Virus record (IMG/VR): IMGVR_UViG_3300021963_000110
Span: 4,220-68,219 of that record
Direction: 5' to 3' (one strand)
From: a virus
Length of the DNA stretch: 64,000 bases
In this document: piece by piece, positions 48,372 to 57,809 of the stretch
Position numbering within the stretch: the first letter of the stretch is position 1
Layout of the letters: each line of letters starts with the position of its first letter
Notes under the pieces: generated by a model
Told to the model about the DNA's origin: nothing
The model's input: the letters and a program-made list of their open reading frames with translations, nothing else
Database searches by the model: none
Position numbers and translations under genes: made by a program

Positions 48372-48730
48372 TAGAAGATTTCCTCATATGCGACTGTTGC
48401 CCAAGCTTGGTGATTTCCCGATGCTTGAATGCGTAAATCGTCGCCCTCTTCTAAGAATAATAGATTTTCTTTACCCAGAATAATAACAGTAGACTTAACT
48501 GGAATTGTAATATTAGCAACAATATAATTTGTTATACCGTTTCGAACAACGCCTACTGTTACGTTGGGGGAAATTACTCCATCTACGCCAGCCAATGATA
48601 AATTAACAACCCTTAAAGATTTTCCACTTGAACTTGGGTTCTGTACCACATTAGCAAACGTCGTTGTTACATTCGCATATGCAGTTTTGCCCTGCATAGA
48701 CGTTGCGACGAATACATTTGGATTTGCCAT
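48371..48730 (-). CDS. Single-domain adaptor-like virion protein (MANPN family)
   Basis: NPSSSGKSLRV...ITIPVKST..ILGK...LEEGDDLR...AYEEIF. Confidence 0.7.
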   Translation of the reverse strand: MANPNVFVATSMQGKTAYANVTTTFANVVQNPSSSGKSLRVVNLSLAGVDGVISPNVTVGVVRNGITNYIVANITIPVKSTVIILGKENLLFLEEGDDLRIQASGNHQAWATVAYEEIF

Positions 48731-48742
48731 TCTTCTTTACCT

Positions 48743-51700
48743 TTAATAAAATATTCTTGAAAACGCGTAAGCTGATGATCTAATAATTTGTCTGACCAAT
48801 GTGTCATTTGACAACACCGTTGGCAATACTGCGGTTACCATTGCCTGTGTTAGATTTGCATTAAATGCCTCTGCGCCAAAGAACTTAACTTCAACCAATG
48901 AACCTACAGCTGGAACCGATGTACCAAATGATAATGTGTTACCCGATACTGTGTAGTTTAAATCTGGAATCTGTGTAACACCGTCGATGTTAACAATAAT
49001 GTTTCTTGCTAAAAGAACATTTGAACCAAGATCTAAATTAGCACTGCCGCCAGCATATGTTCTGCTATTGCTTATGTATGCAGTTGTATATTGTGCGCCT
49101 GCAAGAGCAACTGCCTCTTGACCAAAGAATCTAATTTCAATATTAGAACCTTCAGGTGGCGCTGGTATCATTGTTATCGTTGTATTGTTGACTGTGTAGT
49201 CAACTGTTGGTCTTTGAATTAGACCATCCAACGCAACCATAATACTTTGTGCTTGCGTTACATTTGCACCCATCATATATGCAGCTTGACCTGCAACTGT
49301 TGGGATTGTTACGCTACTTGATACAACTGCAACATTAGGAGATAATGCAGAGTAACCATAATACTTAACTTCAATTAACGCATTTGCTGTAGTATTTGCA
49401 CTGAACTGTAAACCTTGGCCACCATTCAATGTGTAATCTGTTGTTGGCGCTTGAACCAAACCGTTAATAGAAACAATTATTGAATTAGCATTATTAACTG
49501 GGCTTGCTAATGTATAATTCTGATTGCCGCCGGTTAACTGCTGAGAGCTGCTAACGGTTAATTGAGTGGCACCTGCTTCACCTGAAGAAATTCTACCATT
49601 GGCTTCAATTGTAATATTGTTACCTGCAATCAATGCAGAAACAACTCTTGTATTTGTGAAATACAGATTGCCGGCGGTCTCAATTACATTAGCAGTATAT
49701 AAATTATTCCATACATTAGATGTAATAGTGTTAGCAGTTATTGTATCAGATGTACTAATACCGGAAGTTACATTTCCTGCTAATACTGTATCTGTTACGT
49801 TAATGCCGCGAATAATTAAACCATTCGCAATCAAATTACCTGCTACTGTAGCAGTCCCGGTTATTACTAAGTTAGCAAATGTCACCGATGCGTTAGGTGA
49901 TACATTTTGTCCAATTGAAATAACACCAGTAGTATTACTATAAAGTATACCTGTACCAGATGACAACGCTGCAAATACTCTTGCATTCGTGTAATACAGA
50001 TTACCGGGTGTTTCAATTACATTAGCAGAATATAGGCCAACCCAAGAATTTGCTGAAATTGTATCACTAGAAATTGCAAGATTTCCTGCAGAACTTCTGA
50101 CTTCCAATCCGCCATTTGCATTTTCAGATAATGAAATATTACCTAGACGAAGCGTTGATCCGGATAACCATAAGTCTTTAAATCTGCGATTAGGTGAACC
50201 TAAATCGTAAACACTATCTTCTAAAGGAACAATATTAGTACTTAAGTTTGCAAATATTTGTGTTACATTGGCATAAACACGAGCATTTGTAAAGAATAAA
50301 TTGTCGGTTTCAATTATATTTGATGTGTATAATCCTGTCCAGGTGGATGCAATAATAATATTAGTACTAATTAAATTAGCACCAGTAATAAATCCACCAG
50401 ATGTTGTGCCTACAATAGCATTTGCATAAACAGTATCAGCTTGAATGTTACCTGTATATGTTGGCAACAATGAGATTACATTAGAGTAAACTCTAGAATT
50501 TGTGTAATATAAGTTTGTTAACTCTGCAACATTAGCTGTTGTCAAATCAACAACATTTGCCTTTGTTTCCAACAACGGTGTTACATAGCTTAAAACACGA
50601 GCATTAGTATAATATAAGTTACTTGCTGCTTCTGCAACATTAGCTGTGTTTAAACCAATAACTGTATTTGCATAAACAATTCCACCCAATGATGCGGAAA
50701 TAACACCATTACCATCAATTGAAATACCGGAACCTGCTAATGTTGGCAATAATGCAATAACATTAGATTGTACTCTGGAATTTGTATAATACAAAATATC
50801 AGAAGTTTCAATAACATTAGTTGTGTATAATCCAGTCCATATTGAAGAAACAATAATGTTGGTGCTAATTAAATTAGCGCCTGTAATGAATCCACCAGAT
50901 GTTGTACCTACAATAGCATTTGCGTAAACAGTATCTGCTTTTACGTTGCCAGTATATTCTGGTAATAACTGAATAATGTTAGAATAAACTCTAGCATTTG
51001 TATAAAATAAGTTTGTCAACTCTGCAACATTAGCAGTTGTTAAGTCTACTACATTTGCTTTTGCGTTTAATAATGGAGTTACATTACTTAAAACGCGAGC
51101 ATTCGTGTAATATAAGTTGCTTTCGGATTCTGAAACATTTGAAGTATTCAATCCAACAATAGTATTAGCAGTAACTATGCCACCTAATGATGCAGAAATA
51201 ACACCGTTTGCGTCAATTACGATACCTGTTCCAGCTAATGTTGGTAACAAGGCAATAACATTAGATTGTACTCTAGAATTTGTATAGTACAAATTGTCAG
51301 GTGTTTCAATAACATTAGCAGTATAAAGACCTGTCCAGGTGGATGCAATAATAATATTAGTGCTAATTAAATTTGCACCAGTAATAAATCCACCAGATGC
51401 CGTACCTATTAATGTGTTTGCGTATAATATATCTGCTTGTATATTACCTGTATATGTAGGTAAGAATGAAGTTATATTTGATGCAACTCTTGCATTTGTA
51501 TAATATAGATTATTTCCTTCTGGCAAATTAGTTGTAGAAAGATTACTAATCGATAACACTGCATTTGCAATGTTCGCAGTTTGTGCAAAAATTGCGGAAT
51601 TTGCCGCGTCTGCAACTTGTGCAAATGTTGCAGTTCCTATAGTAACACCTAAATTTTCAACGAAAGTTTTTGTTACTCTATTATCAATTGCTAAATTAGC

Positions 51701-54700
51701 TCTTACATTACTATAATATAAGTTTGCACCTTCTGCAATATCACTTGTAGTAATTGTACTTACAGATTTCTGTATAACAATACTTCCAACCATTCCACTA
51801 TGAATAGAACATTGGTACACATAGGTGTTACCTGCTAAACTATATGGTATTTTCCAAAATAATCTACCAGATACTTTTCCTTGAGCGGATGAACCTGTTG
51901 AGATAGTTCCATCATTAGCAACATGAGTTAACCCAGTATCATAATTAGAACCGCCCGCTGAAACACGGATCATGAATGGGTGGCCTGGGCTATTAAGACC
52001 AAATGCTATAGTTTCACCGGCTCTTACATCTAGAGCAGGATTATTTCCAGTATATTGATCTATACTATAGTACAACCCAGGAGAAGTAACCAATAGTTCT
52101 GTTACCGCAGGAATAACATTTAATATTGCTCTTGCATTAGTATAATATAAATTACTTGCCGACTCAATTACGTTAGCAGTATTTAATCCTGTAACAGAAC
52201 CTGCAGAAGTTGTTGCTGAAATTTGACCATTTGCCGCAATATTAATTCCTGAGCCGGCTAATGTTGGTAGCAACGTAACTACATTAGATCTAACTCTATC
52301 ATTAGAATAATATAAGTTATTGCCTTCATCTAAATTGCTTGTAGTAAAGTTACTGATACTAGAAACAAATCCCGTTACATTACCAACAACATTACCTTCA
52401 AATGTTGTAGCTACAACATTCGCTAAACGGAATGAACTATCTGCAGTGTTAATAGTGCCTGCGCCGGGCTCAACGGTGTAATCATCAAAGAACTTATATT
52501 TCTTATCGGATGCATCTCTGAATAGACCAGAATGTTTTTCAGTTCCATCATTGTAATGTCCTATAAAACCTAGGTCTAATGCATCAGATGGGTTATTATA
52601 ACCTAATTGAATTAACGGATCGTTTACAATTAATGTATTTGAATAAAATCCAACTAAGTTGCCAAGAACATTTAAGTTGCCAGTAATGGTCATTTCATTG
52701 AATGTCACATTAGCATGAGTAGCAACATTCTGGCCAATTGAAATAATACCGGTAATATCATCATATGTAACACCGGTACCTGCGGATATTGCAGTTCTTG
52801 CACGAGCATTTGTATAATACAGATTACTGTCAGATTCGATAACATTAGCTGTATTTAAACCTGTAACAGATCCTGCGGAAGTTGTTGCAGAAATTTGACC
52901 ATTTGCTGCAATACTAATTCCAGATCCAGCTAATGTTGGCAATAGTTCAATAGTATTGGCTTGTACTCGAGCATTGGTATAATATAAATTATTTACAGAT
53001 TCAATTACGTTAGCAGTTGTTAAATCAACAATATTTGCTTTGTCATTTAATAAACCAATTACATTGGCATAAACTCTAGCATTTGTGTAATATAAATTAT
53101 TTACAGATTCAAGTACGTTAGCAGTTGTTAAATCGATTACATTGGCTTTTTCGTTTAATAAACCAATTACATTAGAGTAAACTCTTGCATTTGTAAAATA
53201 CAAATTGCTTGCAGATTCAATTACGTTAGCTGTATAAAGACCTACCCAAACATTAGCGGTAATCCTGTTAACACTAATATCGTTATTGGAGAATAATTCA
53301 TATCCATTGATAACCAACGTATTAGTTACTAACGTATTTGTACTAATTAAATCTGCGCCAGTGATACGTCCTGTGCCGCCAGAAGTAATTATATTACCTA
53401 CTTGTAAATTGCCGGTATATGTTGGCAATAATGCTAATACATTTGCATAAACTCTAGCATTAGTATAATATAAATTAGATGCCGACTCTGCAACATTTGC
53501 AGTATTCAATCCAATAATGGAAGTTGCAAAAACACTAGGAGCGGCCGTTGTTATTGTTGCAGAAATTTGACCGTTTGCTGCAATAACAATATTATTACCC
53601 GCCAATGTTGGCAATAATTCTAATACATTTGCATAAACTCTATTATTAGTATAATATAAATTACTGCCTTCAGAAATATTTGAAGTAGTTAAATTAGCAA
53701 CTACGTTTGCTGTAACAATACCTGTTAGCGTAGAACTAATAACACCCGAGCCAGAAATCGATATACCTGTACCAGGAGTAAATGCGTTAATCGCTCTAGT
53801 ATTGGTAAAGAATACATTACCTGCAGATTCAATTACATTTGCTGTGTATAAATTAGTCCAAACATTTGCAGTAATTCTATTAACAACGATGTCATTGTTA
53901 GAAAATAATTCGTAACCATTAATAACCAACGTATTAGTTACTAACGTATTTGTACTAATAAATTCTGCACCGGTGATTCTACCAGAACCACCTGAAGTAA
54001 TTATGTTACCAACTTGCAAATTACCAGTATATGTTGGCAACAACGCCAATACATTAGCGTAAACTCTTGCATTAGTATAATATAGATTGCTTGCAGATTC
54101 TGTAACATTAGCTGTATTTAAACCTGCAATAGAACCAACAGCGGTCGTAGATGAAATCTGACCATTTGCTGCAATTGCAATACCTGTTCCTGCTAATGTT
54201 GGCAACAACGCCAATACATTAGAGTAAACTCTTGCATTTGTAAAATACAAATTGCTTGCAGATTCAATTACATTTGCGGTGTATAAATTAGTCCAAACAT
54301 TAGCAGTAATTCTATTAACACTAATATCGTTATTGGAGAATAATTCATATCCGTTTATAACCAACGTATTAGTTACTAATACATTTGTAGTTATATTGCC
54401 AGTAACTGTTAAATTACTTAAAGTTCCAACTGAGGTTGCGCTTGCGGTTGAAGAAATTTGACCGTTTGCTGCAATACTAATACCTGAACCAGCTAATGTT
54501 GGTAACAGGGCAATTACGTTAGATCTAACTCTATTATTAGTATAATATAGATTGCTTGCAGATTCAATTACATTTGCGGTGTATAAATTAGTCCAAATGT
54601 TGGCAGTAACTCTCGTAACAGTAATATCATTGTTAGAGAAGAATTCTGAACCATTAATAATTAATGTATTTGCTACAACTGAATTCACTCGAACATTAGT

Positions 54701-57478
54701 CGCGTTAATATTTGTTACAGATTCGGTACCATTAACAATTTCTTGGCCGTTTATAATCAATCCGTTTGATGTTAAGAAACCATTTACTCGCAAATTACCA
54801 TTAATAGTTGTCTTATTATTAACTATTAATGTATCAGCCGGGGCCAATATAATATTTGAATCGGATGCAATTGTTGGGATACCTGCGCTAGCAACTGAAA
54901 TTGCGTTAGCATATATGACATCTCTTACAGACAAATTGCCTTGTATAGAAATGTTCCCAGTCAATGTAGTAATATTTGCAACGGCTGCTGAAACATCTGC
55001 GGATATTCTACCGTTTGCTGCAATAGAAATTCCTGTGCCAGCTAATGTTGGCAATAATGCAATAACATTAGATCTTACTCTATCATTAGAATAGAATAAA
55101 TTGCCTGTAGATTCAACTATGTTTCCTGTATAAAGGTTTGTCCAAACATTTGCAGTAATTCTATTAACAACGATGTCATTGTTAGAGAACAATTCATAAC
55201 CATTTATAATTATTGTGTTGGTTACTAATGTGTTTGTACTAATAAATTCTGCACCGGTGATTCTACCAGAACCGCCTGAAGTAATTATATTCCCTACTTG
55301 TAAATTGCCCGTATATGTTGGCAATAATGCCAATACATTAGCGTAAACTCTTGCATTAGTATAATATAGATTTGTGCCTTCTGATAAATTAGAAGTAGTT
55401 AAATTACTTAGGCTTAATACTAAGTTAGCAATATTTGATCTTTCAGCAAACGCCGAAGATGTACCACCGGTAACTGCAGAAATTTGGCCGTTTGCTGCAA
55501 TAGAAATTCCTGTACCTGCTAATGTTGGCAATAATGCAATAACATTGGAGTAAACTCTTGCATTTGTAAAATACAAATTACTTGCAGATTCTACGACATT
55601 CGCAGTTGTTAAATCTGTTACGTTGGCTTTTGTGTTTAAAAGACTTATAACATTGGCATAAACACGAGCATTAGTATAATATAGATTTGTGCCTTCAGCT
55701 AAATTACTTGTTGTAAAGTTACTGATAGATAGTACAGTATTAGCAACATTTGCAGAACTTGCAAATATAGCTGTTACACCCAATGCATCAATAAAGGGTT
55801 TATTGACACGAGTATCAATTGCTAAATTTGCTCTAGTATTACTGTAATATAGATTTATACCTTCAACTAAATTAGTTGTTGTAAAATTATCGATTCTGCT
55901 TACAAAACCAGTTAGATTACCTACAAATCCGGCAAACACAGTAGTTGCTTGAATATTTGCCAAACGGAATGTTGGATGAGATGTATCTAAATATACATTT
56001 GCATCTGGTTCTGGAGCATAATTATCAAATACTTTAAATCTTCCATCTGTATGGTCTCTGAAGAAACCAGCATGATGATATGTTCCATCGTTATAATTAA
56101 ATGTAATACCTAAATCTGGATTAGATGTTGTTGATCCCTGATTTAAATAAATCATATTGTCCGAAATGGACAAATTGTTTGAGCTATATGTGGTTACATT
56201 TCCATATACATTTAACGGTCCGTATATAGAAACTCCGGCAAATGATACTGAAGCATTTGGTGCAACATTTTGACCAATTGCAATTACACCGGTTGTTTGA
56301 TTATAACTAACGCCTGTACCTTCAGATAATGCAGATTTAACTCTTGCATTTGTGTAATATAAATTACCATCAGTTTCTATTACGTTTGCAGTATAAATAC
56401 CATTCCATATATTAGCAGTAACCGTATTTGCACGAAGACCTGTAATAGATAAAGAATTATCTGGGCTTGAGGACAATACAGTATTGCCCAAGTTAATTGT
56501 AAAGCCTGAAAGATAAAGGTCTTTAAACTTTCGAGTGGGTGAACCTAAGTTATAAACTTCATCCGCTGCTGGGATAATATTACTATCTAAATTTAGTAAT
56601 CTGTTTGTTACGTTTGCATATACACGATTATCGGTATAATATAAATTACCAGATGTTTCAATAACATTAGCAGTGTATAAATTTAACCAATTTACTGCAG
56701 AAATATTGTTTGCACTAATTAAATTAGCACCAGTAATAGAACCGCCTGAACCTGTACCAACAATAACATTACCAGCAGCTACATTGCCAGTATATGTGGG
56801 TAATGCGGCAACTATATTAGAATGAACTCTTGCATTCGTATAATATAGATTGCTTGCCGATTCTGCAACATTTGCAGTTGTAAGATCAACAATATTGGCT
56901 TTGGCGTTTAATAAACCAATTACATTAGAGTAAACTCTTGCATTAGTATAATATAGATTTACACCTTCTGCTAAATTAGAAGTAGTTAAATTGCCTAAAC
57001 TTATTACTAGGTTAGCAATATTTGATCTTTCAGCAAAGACCGCAGTATTTGATGTTTCAGCAAATACCGCATTATTTGCAATGAGAGAACCTTGCACAAT
57101 AGTTAAAACAGTATTTGCTACATTTGCTAACTCAGTAGATGATACAGTAATTACATTTGGAACCCATTTTGTACCATTCCAAACTAATCCGTATCCCAAT
57201 ACAGGTGTAACTGTTGAAGTATCAACATCAAGCAATTCATTAATACTATTTAAATCAATATTAGCTTTTGTTGTGGATATTAAATTTGCAACTCTTTGTT
57301 CTGTTACCGGAACAATCCAAGTTCTAAGCCCGTTAACATTGGAAGCAAGAACATACCCGTTACCCGCAGGCAACCCTAAGTCTGGTTCTGTTTCAGATAA
57401 CTTTATAAATTCATAACGACTAGCGCTTACATTAGCGCTAGGTATCTTTTTTACTCTACCCGATATTAGTTTAGTCAT
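48743..57478 (-). CDS. Giant 2911-aa repetitive tail-fibre shaft protein
   Basis: About 30 copies of TANVxE...NLY[YF]TNARV; cupredoxin-like insert; three C-terminal V.I[ND]G..Q.P..DYT domains. Confidence 0.8.
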   Translation of the reverse strand: MTKLISGRVKKIPSANVSASRYEFIKLSETEPDLGLPAGNGYVLASNVNGLRTWIVPVTEQRVANLISTTKANIDLNSINELLDVDTSTVTPVLGYGLVWNGTKWVPNVITVSSTELANVANTVLTIVQGSLIANNAVFAETSNTAVFAERSNIANLVISLGNLTTSNLAEGVNLYYTNARVYSNVIGLLNAKANIVDLTTANVAESASNLYYTNARVHSNIVAALPTYTGNVAAGNVIVGTGSGGSITGANLISANNISAVNWLNLYTANVIETSGNLYYTDNRVYANVTNRLLNLDSNIIPAADEVYNLGSPTRKFKDLYLSGFTINLGNTVLSSSPDNSLSITGLRANTVTANIWNGIYTANVIETDGNLYYTNARVKSALSEGTGVSYNQTTGVIAIGQNVAPNASVSFAGVSIYGPLNVYGNVTTYSSNNLSISDNMIYLNQGSTTSNPDLGITFNYNDGTYHHAGFFRDHTDGRFKVFDNYAPEPDANVYLDTSHPTFRLANIQATTVFAGFVGNLTGFVSRIDNFTTTNLVEGINLYYSNTRANLAIDTRVNKPFIDALGVTAIFASSANVANTVLSISNFTTSNLAEGTNLYYTNARVYANVISLLNTKANVTDLTTANVVESASNLYFTNARVYSNVIALLPTLAGTGISIAANGQISAVTGGTSSAFAERSNIANLVLSLSNLTTSNLSEGTNLYYTNARVYANVLALLPTYTGNLQVGNIITSGGSGRITGAEFISTNTLVTNTIIINGYELFSNNDIVVNRITANVWTNLYTGNIVESTGNLFYSNDRVRSNVIALLPTLAGTGISIAANGRISADVSAAVANITTLTGNISIQGNLSVRDVIYANAISVASAGIPTIASDSNIILAPADTLIVNNKTTINGNLRVNGFLTSNGLIINGQEIVNGTESVTNINATNVRVNSVVANTLIINGSEFFSNNDITVTRVTANIWTNLYTANVIESASNLYYTNNRVRSNVIALLPTLAGSGISIAANGQISSTASATSVGTLSNLTVTGNITTNVLVTNTLVINGYELFSNNDISVNRITANVWTNLYTANVIESASNLYFTNARVYSNVLALLPTLAGTGIAIAANGQISSTTAVGSIAGLNTANVTESASNLYYTNARVYANVLALLPTYTGNLQVGNIITSGGSGRITGAEFISTNTLVTNTLVINGYELFSNNDIVVNRITANVWTNLYTANVIESAGNVFFTNTRAINAFTPGTGISISGSGVISSTLTGIVTANVVANLTTSNISEGSNLYYTNNRVYANVLELLPTLAGNNIVIAANGQISATITTAAPSVFATSIIGLNTANVAESASNLYYTNARVYANVLALLPTYTGNLQVGNIITSGGTGRITGADLISTNTLVTNTLVINGYELFSNNDISVNRITANVWVGLYTANVIESASNLYFTNARVYSNVIGLLNEKANVIDLTTANVLESVNNLYYTNARVYANVIGLLNDKANIVDLTTANVIESVNNLYYTNARVQANTIELLPTLAGSGISIAANGQISATTSAGSVTGLNTANVIESDSNLYYTNARARTAISAGTGVTYDDITGIISIGQNVATHANVTFNEMTITGNLNVLGNLVGFYSNTLIVNDPLIQLGYNNPSDALDLGFIGHYNDGTEKHSGLFRDASDKKYKFFDDYTVEPGAGTINTADSSFRLANVVATTFEGNVVGNVTGFVSSISNFTTSNLDEGNNLYYSNDRVRSNVVTLLPTLAGSGINIAANGQISATTSAGSVTGLNTANVIESASNLYYTNARAILNVIPAVTELLVTSPGLYYSIDQYTGNNPALDVRAGETIAFGLNSPGHPFMIRVSAGGSNYDTGLTHVANDGTISTGSSAQGKVSGRLFWKIPYSLAGNTYVYQCSIHSGMVGSIVIQKSVSTITTSDIAEGANLYYSNVRANLAIDNRVTKTFVENLGVTIGTATFAQVADAANSAIFAQTANIANAVLSISNLSTTNLPEGNNLYYTNARVASNITSFLPTYTGNIQADILYANTLIGTASGGFITGANLISTNIIIASTWTGLYTANVIETPDNLYYTNSRVQSNVIALLPTLAGTGIVIDANGVISASLGGIVTANTIVGLNTSNVSESESNLYYTNARVLSNVTPLLNAKANVVDLTTANVAELTNLFYTNARVYSNIIQLLPEYTGNVKADTVYANAIVGTTSGGFITGANLISTNIIVSSIWTGLYTTNVIETSDILYYTNSRVQSNVIALLPTLAGSGISIDGNGVISASLGGIVYANTVIGLNTANVAEAASNLYYTNARVLSYVTPLLETKANVVDLTTANVAELTNLYYTNSRVYSNVISLLPTYTGNIQADTVYANAIVGTTSGGFITGANLISTNIIIASTWTGLYTSNIIETDNLFFTNARVYANVTQIFANLSTNIVPLEDSVYDLGSPNRRFKDLWLSGSTLRLGNISLSENANGGLEVRSSAGNLAISSDTISANSWVGLYSANVIETPGNLYYTNARVFAALSSGTGILYSNTTGVISIGQNVSPNASVTFANLVITGTATVAGNLIANGLIIRGINVTDTVLAGNVTSGISTSDTITANTITSNVWNNLYTANVIETAGNLYFTNTRVVSALIAGNNITIEANGRISSGEAGATQLTVSSSQQLTGGNQNYTLASPVNNANSIIVSINGLVQAPTTDYTLNGGQGLQFSANTTANALIEVKYYGYSALSPNVAVVSSSVTIPTVAGQAAYMMGANVTQAQSIMVALDGLIQRPTVDYTVNNTTITMIPAPPEGSNIEIRFFGQEAVALAGAQYTTAYISNSRTYAGGSANLDLGSNVLLARNIIVNIDGVTQIPDLNYTVSGNTLSFGTSVPAVGSLVEVKFFGAEAFNANLTQAMVTAVLPTVLSNDTLVRQIIRSSAYAFSRIFY
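50280..56960. repeat. Intragenic dispersed repeats encoding NLYYTNARV units and longer duplicated blocks
   Basis: For example about 53860-54090 vs about 55140-55370 and about 50330-50405 vs about 51330-51400 are near-identical DNA. Confidence 0.8.
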
Positions 57479-57806
57479 TTGCTGTTTCTAGTAAACTCAT
57501 AACTAATTTTAACGCTGTATTTGCGCCCGCTTGACCCACAATTTTTTGTCCTGTTTCTAATACTAGTTTGCCAGTTAAAATACTAGCAGAATCTTTTGTT
57601 GGAATTTCAAAATCTTTGCACAATTCAACTAAATGGTTTCCTACTGTGCTATGAAAAAATGTAGTATTGGCTGTCGCCTCTGTTATATTTGTTACCTGCA
57701 ATGAAAGGACAATTGAAGTTTTTAGAGCAGGCGCAGTATATATTACATTTGAATTTGTTGTAAGATTTGCTGTTATTGTTTTAAATACGTTTAATGCGGT
57801 TGCCAT
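57471..57806 (-). CDS. Single-domain adaptor-like virion protein
   Basis: IYTAP...SIVLSLQVTN...IPTKDSASILTGKLVLETGQ...MSLLETAN. Confidence 0.7.
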   Translation of the reverse strand: MATALNVFKTITANLTTNSNVIYTAPALKTSIVLSLQVTNITEATANTTFFHSTVGNHLVELCKDFEIPTKDSASILTGKLVLETGQKIVGQAGANTALKLVMSLLETAND

Positions 57807-57809
57807 TTA

